Part shown: one piece after another, positions 37,570 through 49,675 of the stretch | Layout of the letters: every line of letters begins with the position of its first letter | How positions within the stretch are numbered: position 1 is the stretch's first letter | DNA from: Lepidodermella squamata | Lineage: Eukaryota > Animalia > Gastrotricha | Direction: 5' to 3' | Assembly (NCBI GenBank): GCA_047495785.1 | Contig: JBLDXI010000001.1 | Location: 2,046,001 to 2,110,000, forward strand | DNA length: 64,000 nucleotides | The notes under the pieces: model-generated | What the model saw: the letters and a program-made list of their open reading frames with translations, nothing else | Databases searched by the model: none | What the model was told of the DNA's origin: nothing | Made by a program: the position numbers and the translations under genes

Positions 37570-38759
37570 TCATGTTGCTCGAAGAAATTTCCACGCCTCG
37601 CGGGCTGATTTCAAAATCTCAGGTTTAATTTCACGTAAAAACGAATTTACAACAAATTCACCAGGTAAAGATGATGAGTCATGCAACAACAAAGCTGTTG
37701 GAATTTTCGAAAACGCCCCGATTCGAGCCATTTCTAGCATAACTTCTTTGAAATTCGCGCCGTTCAAGACACTCGTTGAAACTGCGATTGATTCTTCAAG
37801 GTTACACGCCTGATGGAACCAACCAGGAGGGATTATCAAAATTTCACCTTCCCCTTGGATGACATCAATTCCTATATTGTTCCAAAATTTTTCATCAGAA
37901 GGCGAAAACGCGTCGGATGAGCTTGAATACTGGTTACATGGCAAAGGGAAAAAGTTCTTCAAAGGCGAGACAGTGGTTAGCTCAATTGGGACATCACTGG
38001 GCGCTGCCAGCTTCCACCGTTTCCGGCCGGTCAACAGCCACGAAATTCCGGTCCAATTGCACGGATCGACGTGCATTGATGATCGGGAGCCGGGTGTGCC
38101 CCATAGCATGAAAGCAGCAGGGGACCGAAGCGGGAATTTGAATAAACTTTCGAAATAGTTCGGTTTTGAATACGGCTGTAGTCACATTTTAAAATAAAGA
38201 TGTTCAAAAGTTTTTGTGGACTTACAAAAATTTCAGGTATCAGCTCTCGGAGCGATTCGTGCTCAGCTATAAACAGCTCATCAGATAAATAAGCCCAGGA
38301 TTTGCTGTTTTGAAGAGATTTTACGAGGCCATGAAAATCCGATAATTTCATCCGTCTAGCTTCTCGATTCGAAAAACTTCCATCATTTGAATACGTTACT
38401 GAAGCTGTTTCGTTTCCGAAATTCGTCAATAATTCTTGAACAGAAAACCGATTTGAGGTAGATATCGGCAGTTGAGGAATGAGATCTTTGATGATTACAG
38501 GCCATAAATTATCGTAGACTTCCGTAAACTCAGCTGCGGGTAGGGTCAAATGAGATCTTCGGTCGATTCCATATCGATTGTATTGAAAATTCTCAAATTT
38601 CGCCAAGGAACGTTCCCGATCTAACATCACTCGGGTCAAATTTCCTCGAAACGCGAAGTATTCACGAAGAACCTGAAATCGAAGTCTATCGTAGACTTCA
38701 TTCGCCGAACACGTGAAAATTAGATAAAATTGAAAAATAATAATAATACTTGATAACAT
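37570..38759 (-). CDS. JmjC-domain 2OG/Fe(II) oxygenase with N-terminal signal peptide, 2 exons
   Basis: Exons 38759-38226 and 38175-37570. Motifs PVIIKD, SSMHVDP, GRKRWKL, QGEGEILIIPPGWFHQACNL; N-terminus MLSSIIIIFQFYLIFTCSA. Confidence 0.88.
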
Positions 38760-38874
38760 AACAAAACTATTTTCGTGAAACAAATCGTCATATTTTATTA
38801 TAGAAAATAAGCAGATGTCTTTAAAGCAGATCGAAGCATCACAATGATACATAGGTAATATTTTAACAAGCTAA

Positions 38875-41800
38875 CTAGTCAACCGAAACCCCGCAAACAA
38901 CCGACGAGGTGGGGGAATTTCTCCACAACCAGCACCAGATTTGTTGAAGACCTCGAACGAATCGAGGCGCACATAGAAACAAAATCGCACAGGTAACCAC
39001 AACGAGGGCGTAGAAGTTCACGTCTCGTCGCAACAGCTCTTCGGCTTTGAATTTTCGCAATTCTGCCACGCTTTCAAAGCGATTTCTAAAATTTTCCGGC
39101 AACTCAAATTGCGATCGTCGAGGGTAGATTTCCATCATGAAATTGTGCACGTTTTCTAAAATTTGCGTAGTTTCCGCTTTCGGTGGATCGTCGTGTTCCA
39201 GATCGTCGTTCAAACAGAAAAATTTCGGAGGTCGGCGTCGCAGAGAATTGAGCCAGGATTCAACCAGCAAAACGTTTGATTGCAACATTTTGAAAACAAC
39301 CGATTCATCGTCCGCAATAGCGATTTCAGATTTATATTTCGATCTAAATTTCGCCAATGCCAGGAACAAATCTCGCACTGGTTTGCAAGATTTTGCATCT
39401 GGAAAAAAAATCCAGTAAGTGAATAGTATTGCAAAAAATATTCAAACGGGTTCCAGCTCTAAATTTCCCAAAAGTCGGTTAGAGTTTAAAAGCTCAGAAG
39501 CTCAGTTACCATGCCTAACCAATCTCACTTTTATACGCTTTTCGTGAAATGAGCGATCAATTTACGATTTCTACTTCAGCCTGTAGAGTTGATATCGACT
39601 TCAATAATCAATTTCACAAATCACTGATTTTTCCGATATCGGAAGTTTTGGTAGCCTAGCTGGTGGTGCATACAGGTAGCTAAAATTAAACGTCCCAGTA
39701 TTACAAGGGATAGGACAGAGGTTCCTAAAACAGGGTCGGCGACCCAATTTTGGGTCGCAGACGGTTTTTAAAAGGGTCGCACGCAAAAAACGTAAATTGG
39801 AGCGGGTTGAAAGGCCTCTTCCAATCTTGAAGTCGTCTAGATGTCACTCATCGATAAATCTCGACCATAAGTTGGTCTATTTCATTCAATATATAGTCAA
39901 GTTTCCTCAAATTCACAGCATTTATATTGGCTTCTGTAGCTTAAACATGAAAAAACGGCAATGTCAGAATTAAGTTATTTTTCTGTTGGGTCGCAGGCTC
40001 AGCTCAGAAAGCTTATTCAAGGTCGTTCGACCTCTACTCTTCGGAACCTCTGGGATTAATCCAGCTTTTTGCCCCAGGGGATGGGTTGAAAAATTGTGGG
40101 GTTTTGCAGGTTTAAAAATTTGGCGCTCGCTTGCTACGCTTACTTGGGAATAACAGCTGTTTCGAATATATTTTAAGTGATTTTATGTGGAAAATTGCGC
40201 GATATTTCACGTTTTAACGTATTCTGTGACTTTTTATGCGATTCAACGTCAGAACCGCTTATTGCATTTCGTTTGCGATTAACATTCGGAAATATTTTGG
40301 GGAGGTGTTCTATGCAGAAGGACGCAATAAAATTCGAGTATAAGCATTAAGTAGAAATATGAAAGAACATCAATTTCCTGATCAAGTTTCCAGACGTCAT
40401 TGCTCTCATCCAGCCATTTTTCTTTTTACAGGATTCTCCTTGTAAACTCATTTAAACGCCCACAAGGAATTTATTCCGACTGTTTGCTGCGTACTAGTGA
40501 TGCACCCGTAGGGATTTGAAATGTTTAATTTCTTGGATTCTTGGGGAACTAGTCTTGAAAGGTAAGTTCAATAATGTTTCCGATTTTATTGCTAACGGAT
40601 GCTGATCTAATGGAACAGAAATTCTTAAAAACGGATGTTGATTTGAAAGCGGAGACGTTAATAAATAAGAAGCCATGTAGGCGTAAAAGAGAATATACCC
40701 AAAAGGAGAATTCCCATCTCGAATCATTCAATCACCATCAAATTCTTTCATTCACATCCTATAATGGCATTGGCGGTTATATTTTCGATTCTCCTCGCGT
40801 CATCGGTAATAAACCAGACCGAGTCTAGAAAGCCGTACCGCTTGAGAACACTTTACCTATTGGGATTGTCTTTAAATGCAGGCGATTTCAGGAACTGCCG
40901 ATGGGCCTTTCAAACAGCTTACGAATTCGCAAATAATCGCTCCGATATTCTGCCCGACTACCACCTCGAATTCGAGCATCGCGATGAAGGACCTCAAGCT
41001 ATGCTGGCAACGGCCACAAGCATCAACTTCATGCGGTCAATGCTGGACTCTGCAGAGCCTGGGCTATTCCTAGCTCCAGTAACAGTCGGCGTAGGGCAAA
41101 CCCCAGGTTGTAGGAGTTGGGGGAGAGTTGCGTCTCACATGAACATGGTATTGATGTCCTCCTCTTGCTCTGCGCCTGGTCTAACTAACCGAAGAGATAT
41201 CTATCCAAACCTATGGCGAACTAAAGCCTCATCCCAGTTAACGATAATGGCTCGACTAAGCTTCATCAAGCAATTCACCTCATGGAGGAAAACAGCAGTT
41301 GTATTCCCGGTCACTGAGAGCTCCTTTGGATTAGAGGCAGCCACTTACACACTTGCAATGAATATAAAATTCGACCTCTGGGTACAAACAATAGAAGCAA
41401 GTTCAGACTTCAACGATGATTTAATGCAGTCATTTATCAGAAAAGACATCCGCATTTTTTCTTTTGATAACATCGACCCATTCATTCTCGTCGCTTTCCT
41501 ATGTCAGGCATACAAAAATGGAATAAGCGGGAATAAGTACATGTTCGTAACACTTATCGGTGCTTACATGGATCCCAATGTCTACCCACCCCATCTGTAT
41601 CCGAAGAACTGTAACATTTCGATTTTTAAGCAGCAAGCTGAGAGAGTGCTGTATTTTGGCGCCTTTTCTTCACTTCCTATTGGCAATGACGGTATAAGCA
41701 AAGACTATCTTGGCAACACCAGGTCGGAGTTTGAAACCTACCTCAAGTCGAACTATCCAATGGATGTGAAATTGTTTGATTATCCGTTGCGATTCTCCTG

Positions 41801-44800
41801 TTACGATTCCGCTTTGCATTCTATCGTCACGTTGGCTGAGGCAGAGAAGCTTTTGAACAGCCGCAATTCGACGCTCAGGAATTTTAAGGACGATCCTCGA
41901 AACGTCATGCTCGCTGTAAATCAAAGTATCGGCAACCTGAGGTACAGCAATCAACAACACGGCTTGTTTCACTACTCTTCAAGAATGGAAATGGACTATG
42001 AAGTTCAATTGGTAGCTACGTGGTCGCAGCAAACCGGACTTCAACCAAGATACACCGTGTCTTTGGATGACAGTGCTACAAACATTAACGACCTTTCGTT
42101 GTTCAAAATACGAGCGATTGCGCCTTTCGCATCGAATTTTCTACCTAAAGATGCTGCTTTTGAAAAATACGTCGATGCCGGTATTCCCGCTTCAGTTTTC
42201 ATCTTTTTGACATCAACAGCTTGTCTGGTCTTGGTTTGCCAAATCAGCGGTATTTCTTACATCGCCTCACATGATAAACAGAATCTCGGGAGGAAAATTG
42301 ATGAAATTCTTGTAATGCTGAGTTTTCTGCTTTTAGCAGGAGGGTCGATTCTTCTCGCAACTCCCACCTCAATGCGTAACAGCTCTGTCTGTGAGGCAAG
42401 TATATTCACCGTGTCTTTGGGGTTATCACTTCTGTACAGTTACTTGGTACTTCGTTTGAGGTCTGCTTCGATAGTCTTGCGGCGAAATGCTTCACGTCAA
42501 CGTCGTATCGTTAATCCTAGTAGAGAGGAGGCTTCGTTCATAGTCAGTACACTTGTGTTTCTTCTCCTGAATTTCATCATTGTCATTTCCTGGTTAACGG
42601 CTGATCCTTACCGCTCAGTGCTTGCCAAACCGGAAAATTCCAGGTCCTACATTGCTGAAACCGACACTTATGTTGAAGAGTATTCAGTCACGTGCTCCTC
42701 AAATTTCTCTGCTGAATGGTTGGCAACTCTTGTGGTATTAAATCTCGCCGTTCTTGGAATAGGTGTGATTTATGTGGTGAGGTTGGTGGGGAATCGATAT
42801 TTGCCATACTTCCCGTTCGTGAAGCGATTAGCTGTGGCTATAGCTTTCTCGTCAACTTTATTTCTCGCTCTAACTGCTGTAGTCTTCATGCTGAAATCGA
42901 CTAGGGGACAGAATATTGCAGTCGCAGTTGGCTTACAGATACAATCAGGCCTAGTCGCCGCCTTGCTGTACGTCAAAGTTGGAAACGGAGCATATGCAGC
43001 AGGTGAAGCAGTGCCTCGACTACCGTCATCTCAAATGCTTAGCAGATTTGACCAACTGAGTAGTAAGTCAGCAATCAAGAGGATTCCCACTAAGTAAAGC
43101 TTAAACACTCCTGAAATCGACAGCTATACGTTTTGAATATTACATGAATAAATACACTAGTGACATAACTCTTTCCCGCGAAGGTTGAAGAGTAACTAAA
43201 AATATCAGAGTCTTCGGTAAATTGTGATTGTTATTGCCTATTTATTCAATAACCCAAAATACTATCCAGTTGACGTTGAAATAACTTTTATCTGTTCTCA
43301 GTTGATTCAGCCACACGCTTAAATTCTGAGCATTGAGGACTGTCCGAAAACCGAACGTGTGAAAATATAAAAGTATAACGCGGCAGCCAAGAGTTATAAG
43401 TAACTATTATCAAGGGTCAAAGGACATCAGCAATCAACTCTGTTACAAGGGAATAAGAAAGGGGTCTTCCTTTTGCCGGAACCAAATTTACGGTGAGCGG
43501 AACCTAATTTGCTGCAGCGGAACCAAATTTTGGAATTTTTCAGTGGCTTGAAATCAATTATCCGATATTTCTTGCGAGTCAAGATGGGCCACGATAATTC
43601 TCAAAAAATCATCATTAAATTCAGCGCAGCATTCTCTATAAGACAGAGTGTTCCATTCAGAGCTTATGCTTCGCCTAAAATTCGCAGAATTATTCAAAAA
43701 ATGGCTCTTGGCATATTTCGACTAAGGTTCCGCAAGCAGCAAATTAGGTTCCGCTCACCGTAAATTTGGTTCCGCTAAAAGATATTCTGACAAGAAAGGG
43801 AAAGTCGACATCGCAAAAAAACGGAATTTTTTTAGTTTTTTAGGCAAATTTTAGTGAAGTAAATATTTAGGCCATGTACAAACCTGAGATTGTAAGCGTT
43901 TTCTTGTAATAAACTGATGATTGCGTAGAAGTAGAATTCAATCCGTCAGAGTAGGTCGATAAAAAATCGGTCAAATTTTCGAAACACCCATTTTGCACCA
44001 TTGAATTGGCAAACCGCCTCCAGGCCTGTAACGAATTCGCCCCACTCTGCGATCGTAACATCAGCGTCCTGAGTTCAGTCAAACTCAAATCGCCCGATTC
44101 ATCCAAGTCAATTTCCTCGCGAAACAGCTGTTCAATCGCCGCATCTTTGTCATCAGAATGGCTTAACGTTAGTGAAATGACGTAGTACATGTAAGAAAAT
44201 TGAAGTTGCATATCGTCGTAGGTGCGAAACTTTCTGGACGCAGTTGCAAGCCATTCATCTCGAAATCGATCGTACAACTCGGCGAAAATCTTGCGTTGAA
44301 TCAGCAAAGGAGCATGAGCCGGAATTCTACGCTGGCCGTAACCGAATTCCCGATTCATCAATCGGTTGACATGTAACAAAGAGCCGGAGTAGGCATCTGG
44401 GGGTAGTTGCTCCTGATGGGCAGAGCTATTCGGGTTGGCTAAATTCAACGATCTAGGCTTGAAACGAGACAGCATCACCGATTGAGTCTGCTGGTTTCGA
44501 CTGAGACCGGGGATTTTTTTCTTCATCCGCATTCGAGGAGAGGTCATCACCAGATCAGCTATAGATCTCTGGCGCTTTTTCAGAGGTTTAAAACCACTCG
44601 TATTATCGACCAAATCGAACTCGACTTTTTTCAACAAATTTTTCGGGCAAACTAGCTTTTGCGATAGAAGACCCTGAAGAAACACGCCAAGGCCTAATTT
44701 AGTCAATTCTCCATTGCGGTATTGAAATAACCGCCGGTGGATGAAAGGAACGAATCGAGCACAGACGGCTATTACGTAATGCTTCTTCGACTCGGGAAAA

Positions 44801-47530
44801 CGATCAAATAACGATGGAGTGGATTTGATTTTCATAACTTGGGGCCGAATTTTCGCCATTAGTTTTGAAGGTATACCAGTGGATTCTTTCGCAACGCGTG
44901 AAGCATGAGTGTCGAAATTCAAGGAAAACTTGATTTTTAACGAATCTTCAAAAGTTAGTTCACATTCCGCTGTAAAACTTGACTCGGAAATGTTTCGAAA
45001 GACCATTAGGACGAAAACTGACTGACTTGCGACGAATGACGCCGTTCTCAAGGCTGGTGAAATCGGGGTCGAACATTGCCCGATATTGAACTTCTTCCCG
45101 GTTGGAATCACTCTGCTAAGGTTTCCAATCGCAATAGACTGAGGTTTTGGTACATCAATGGCAGGATTCGAGAGATTATCATCGATATTGAAGGTAAAAA
45201 ATCCGTACACCGGGTTGAATAGACCAGTTGTCCCGCAGTCTCCGGCGTCGAATGCGCAGGCTGCTACGTTGCAATAAGAATCACAGAAACCATCGGCAAT
45301 CCAAGCGTTCGAACACCCGTTAGAACCTTAAATGAGTAAAATTCTTTCAGTTTTTCACGTCTCAGGTTAGTTTTACACCAGTAACAAGGGGTAACTTTGG
45401 ACAAAAATGATAAAACTGTTTCCCAATTTTGCTGCAAATGTTTAGAATTTTCCTGCTTTTTCCATATTTTGGTAAATGAAATTCTCTTTGGCTCACCCTG
45501 GGCAGTCAGCGATTAATTTTGGACGCTCATTTACGTAGTTAACAGCCTCTTCAGTTTCAACATTCACTCTTACAGCTGCTATTTACAAGAAAGCTGAATT
45601 TTTTACCTGTCCACAACACCCCTTATAACGGTACTTGAAAAATACTGAAAATACTTACAATAAGCTCTTTCGAGGGCAACATGCATGTCAATAGGAGCTA
45701 TTGGAATCGGTAGCGTAGTCGAATTAGAACTGAAATCACAGTCTCCGCCGTCGAAATCGCACTCTGAATTATTGCAAGGCCGATCGCAGTAGCCATCTCG
45801 AATCCAGGTATGCGGACAGCCGGAGGCGCAGTTTGGCAACGAGTAAGTCAAGTAAAACTTTTGCCCTGATGAATGCGTGATAAAATCTTCGGGATACACG
45901 GTTTGCCCCAGGAAAAAATCATCATTGAAATATATGAATTTCTCGCTCAAATTAGGAATTTTATGCAGCTGCGATTCAATAGCTGGCGAGCTGAAAGTCG
46001 GCAAAAATTCACCGGCCCGTTCACCGAAAATGTCTTCATGCGTGACTAGGATCAAATGTGGGTTGTCAAGATTCAACCAGTTTGGTATCTGCCCATTCGT
46101 GACTAGAAACACGTGTCTCACCCAGGGTGCATACATGTCGAGCGATCGTAAAGAAAATCTTAGTTCCTCATTATCAACAAATCTTTTCGGTTTTGCTTCA
46201 AGTTTCAACGAGCTATCGGACTGAAAATGACTAGTTTTAAACATCGACTTGCATCAATTCGTTAGGAAATTACCAGAAAATCTTCGCAATCAACAAGAAA
46301 AGCGGCTATCAAAGAAGGGTAGTCTTCTAGAACGGCTAATTCAGACCTCAAAACCTGTTGAAAAGGATAAAATCAATCCGAAATTTCTTCTCAATTCATT
46401 TTCAAGATTTTCTTCTTTTCTCATGATTTCCTACCTTTTCTGCGTCATCTTTCTTCGACTCGCTCGGGAACAGTAGAGCAGCAAAGTCGGCATCAATATC
46501 GAGCCGTAAATCGCTGATCGAGTCGCCAACTGACCGTGGCAACTTATCTCTAAGCGACCGCTCGTCTTTGAAAGTGCCCAGGCGTGATATTGGAGACAAA
46601 AAGACAGCGAGCGGATGCGACGCCATCGGCGTGTGAATTATCGCCGACGTCTATTTGAATAAAACGCTCATTAGAAACCGGCGCGAAGAAATTCGAGCCC
46701 AAGTGACTACTCACTAAACAGGCCGGCTTTAGCTTGATCTCGCGATCGATCGTCGCACAGCGCGTTTCTACGATGATATACATACATGAATTATCGCGCC
46801 ACCTCAATCTCTCACAGGGACAGTCTGAATTGCTAATATATAAGTGAGGGCCTACCGTTTCGAATTCGCGGGAACGCGACAAACAAGACGCCGTCGTTAT
46901 CCTCTTCGTCGATTATCAACGCGCCGTCTTCTTTGCGCGCACACTCGCTGAAACCAGGCGGCGAAGACGCTGACGCCTCGATGACGAGGCCGGCATGAGG
47001 AACGCAATGGTCAAGTTTGCACTGCGTCAGCTCACTGTTTGTCCTCTGACTCTCTCGGCTATTAGTGAAAATTATTATTTCGATATCGATATTTATACAT
47101 CAGGCGAGAAAACACCAACTTTGAAGCAGATAAGTGATAATGAAGGTCAAGCAAAAATTTTTGATCGCTGCCATTTACCCATGTGTACACAACATCGATA
47201 GGCTCGAATGAAACAAATCTGATTTGAGAAAAAAAACTATTTTTAAGGAGGAGTTATTAATAATATTTTTTCACCTTGAAAAGTCAATATTTGTATTCTC
47301 GCCAATGTATGGGCCAAACTTAGCCAAAGAACAGCTGCGTTCCTTGTTCAGCCAAGCGTTTAGCACCTGAACAAACAAAACGATAATTGTTTTCGTTAAG
47401 CCAACACAATACTAACCAAATGGGTCAGAAAACCGAGTACAAATGTTGCACAAGCAACAGATACCAGGCAGTAGACGGGCGGGCGGTTGATAGCGTCGTA
47501 AATCCGCCTTTGAGCATACTTGCCAATCAT
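38875..47530 (-). CDS. GNPTAB: GlcNAc-1-phosphotransferase alpha/beta subunit precursor
   Basis: Stealth CR1 [14 protein letters not shown]; CR2 ELRFSLRS...PTFSSPAIE...YFNDD; two LNR repeats; CR3 AHAPLLI...[11 protein letters not shown]; EF-hand DLDESGDLS; CR4 KFFCLNDD; N- and C-terminal TM segments. Last intron is 39399-43883. Confidence 0.96.
39716..40052. mobile_element. Non-autonomous hAT (Charlie-like) element
   Basis: Perfect 10-bp TIR CAGAGGTTCC...GGAACCTCTG with subterminal GGGTCGC/GCGACCC motifs. The 8-bp flanks match only partly (ggatagga vs ggattaat). Confidence 0.7.
40764..43097 (+). CDS. Intronless class C GPCR, GABA-B-receptor-like (777 aa), nested antisense in a GNPTAB intron
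   Basis: Signal peptide; Venus-flytrap motifs [12 protein letters not shown] and YPNLWRT; no cysteine-rich domain; seven TM helices with WLTADP and a TM3-ECL2 cysteine pair. Confidence 0.9.
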   Translation: MALAVIFSILLASSVINQTESRKPYRLRTLYLLGLSLNAGDFRNCRWAFQTAYEFANNRSDILPDYHLEFEHRDEGPQAMLATATSINFMRSMLDSAEPGLFLAPVTVGVGQTPGCRSWGRVASHMNMVLMSSSCSAPGLTNRRDIYPNLWRTKASSQLTIMARLSFIKQFTSWRKTAVVFPVTESSFGLEAATYTLAMNIKFDLWVQTIEASSDFNDDLMQSFIRKDIRIFSFDNIDPFILVAFLCQAYKNGISGNKYMFVTLIGAYMDPNVYPPHLYPKNCNISIFKQQAERVLYFGAFSSLPIGNDGISKDYLGNTRSEFETYLKSNYPMDVKLFDYPLRFSCYDSALHSIVTLAEAEKLLNSRNSTLRNFKDDPRNVMLAVNQSIGNLRYSNQQHGLFHYSSRMEMDYEVQLVATWSQQTGLQPRYTVSLDDSATNINDLSLFKIRAIAPFASNFLPKDAAFEKYVDAGIPASVFIFLTSTACLVLVCQISGISYIASHDKQNLGRKIDEILVMLSFLLLAGGSILLATPTSMRNSSVCEASIFTVSLGLSLLYSYLVLRLRSASIVLRRNASRQRRIVNPSREEASFIVSTLVFLLLNFIIVISWLTADPYRSVLAKPENSRSYIAETDTYVEEYSVTCSSNFSAEWLATLVVLNLAVLGIGVIYVVRLVGNRYLPYFPFVKRLAVAIAFSSTLFLALTAVVFMLKSTRGQNIAVAVGLQIQSGLVAALLYVKVGNGAYAAGEAVPRLPSSQMLSRFDQLSSKSAIKRIPTK
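43464..43791. mobile_element. Mutator-type (MULE) MITE with 9-bp target-site duplication
   Basis: Direct repeat AAGAAAGGG at 43455-43463 and 43792-43800; termini GTC...GAC; ~55-bp inverted arms 43470-43524 and 43726-43781 built from repeated cggaacc(a/t)aattt. Confidence 0.82.
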
Positions 47531-47657
47531 CGCGACTCATGAATTCAAGTCTTTATCAATTATCTCTCATATCAATTTCACAACACTCTACGCAAATGAA
47601 ATCAAGCTTAATCAGTTTCATTTTATTGATAAATTATGAAAAATTCTAAGAAAAGAA

Positions 47658-48539
47658 TCATGAGCTACTTGAAAGATGGGAAATTTTCGCTGGAACGGTC
47701 TCGGTGCCACTGCTATCAATGCCTTCATTCAAATTTTTCGAAACTCGCAACCACGGCTGGTCGTCGTATCGAGGTGGTAAAACTAAAAATCAAAATTAAT
47801 TTAAGAAAATTAAAAGAATAAAATAATTTACTAGGAAAGGCTTGCGGGTCGTTGCGGATAAGTACCGGCATGTCATTCGGATCTTCTTCGCCTGATTTCG
47901 TTGAAGTCGAAGACGCTAATAGTTTGACGAGGGCGCGTTCTACACTACGCCGTTGACTGGCCATGCGCTCTCGCACTAGTTGATAAGAAAGAGCTGGCGA
48001 CGACTGGGTAGTTGTTTTTACGTAGGTGTGAGGCGGCGGAAACGGCGGCAAGTGATCCGGCACCGTAGTGGGTCGTTGTTTTGGTGGCTCAGGAGCAAAC
48101 ATTTGCTCAACAACGATATCAGGCGTGTTATCAGCCCCAGCTATATAGAGAAACAACCAACTATATTACGGCTAATTTCAGGCGTAAATTATGCAAACCT
48201 GGGGGCAGGAAGACTCGTTTCGGTTGCCGGGCGAATTCAGTGAGCTGATTCACGTCAAAACCCATATCAACAAGGGATATTACAACATCAGCTGGTATCG
48301 GAATACTCCTTCCGGCTTGCTCAGCATATCGCCTCGAAGAAACAGCCAGTTCGGTCATAACTAAAACCGAAAAAATTCATATTCATTAGATTTTTCAAGT
48401 ATATTTACTCACATGCGTCGAGCAGTTCTGTGATAACCGTTAGGCAATTAGCAGACACATCTTTCACTCCGCAATCGTATAAAACTCCAGCGCAGCAATG
48501 TTTGAGCAATTTTCGCTGCAACGCTCTGCGAGCATTCAT
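47658..48539 (-). CDS. TAF8: TFIID subunit 8, 4 exons
   Basis: Bromodomain-associated histone fold (YAEQAGRSIPIPADVVISLVDMG) and TAF8_C motif PDHLPPFPPPHTYVKT...YQLVRERMASQRRSVERALVK. Confidence 0.95.
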
Positions 48540-48678
48540 TTTCCAAAAAAATCTAAAATTTCACGTAAAAGGAACACATTTCGATTTTTGATTCTCATTT
48601 CATGAGATAAAACGCGCTGGCTTGAAGCCTATCAAACAAAATGGAAGAGCGTTAGACTAATAGAATAACTGGACGGTT

Positions 48679-49374
48679 TCACTTCTTCTCGGCGTCCGCA
48701 CCGGGCATATTGACAGGTGGATGCTCGAGGACGTTGTCGATGATACCAAACTCAGCCGCTTCCGTCGGGCTGAGGAAGCGATCGCGGTCCATAGCACGTT
48801 CAATCGCCTCAATGTCTTTCCCGGTATGTTTGACAAACAAGTTGTTGATCAATCGGCGCAACTTCAAAATTTCTTCCGCGTGAATTTGAATATCACTAGC
48901 CTGGCCGTAAGCCCCGCCAGACGGCTGATGGACCATGACTCGAGCGTTCGGTAGTGAATATCGCATTCCTGGCCGACCGGCGGCTAACAACAAGGCGGCC
49001 ATACTAGCACATTGACCGACGCACCACGTCGAAATCGGGGCTAGGACGTACTGCATAGTGTCGTAAATACCGAGACCGGCGGTGACCGACCCGCCCGGTG
49101 AGTTGATGTACATGTGAATCGGCTTTTTCGCGCTCTCAGATTGCAGAAAAAGCAACTGAGCAACGACTAGAGACGACAAATCATCGTTGATCGGACCCAT
49201 TACGCAAATGATACGTTCGCGCAGCAAACGGCTGTAAATGTCGTAGGCGCGTTCGCCCCGCCCAGTTTGTTCAATGACAATGGGGATAAGTGGGGAAAGG
49301 GCGGGAGAACTGCGGTGAATCAGCATTTTTTGGCAGCTGAATGCCAGGGCAGAACATTGACGAAGAAGACTCAT
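48679..49374 (-). CDS. CLPP: Mitochondrial ATP-dependent Clp protease proteolytic subunit, single exon
   Basis: [54 protein letters not shown]; N-terminal presequence. Confidence 0.98.
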   Translation of the reverse strand: MSLLRQCSALAFSCQKMLIHRSSPALSPLIPIVIEQTGRGERAYDIYSRLLRERIICVMGPINDDLSSLVVAQLLFLQSESAKKPIHMYINSPGGSVTAGLGIYDTMQYVLAPISTWCVGQCASMAALLLAAGRPGMRYSLPNARVMVHQPSGGAYGQASDIQIHAEEILKLRRLINNLFVKHTGKDIEAIERAMDRDRFLSPTEAAEFGIIDNVLEHPPVNMPGADAEKK

Positions 49375-49675
49375 TTATAACACTAAAATTGAAGACTAAA
49401 ACCAGAACAATGACTTAGTAGGAACTTATTTAGCGACTATGACAAATTTGTCACCGGAATCGTAACAAAATTGAGCGAGAAATCTTGAGCTACGAGCGAA
49501 AATTCACAATGGAAAAAAGATTATATGAATGTGATACAAAAATAGAATTGCATGTTAGTGAGCTTGCTGCAAGAAAATTCTCGTAAAAAAAGTGCGCTTG
49601 AAACAAAACGTGGGAATAAAGGTCGGTCAATTTTACGTAGCAGAAATGATCTGATCCAGCGGACACTTTCTCAGT

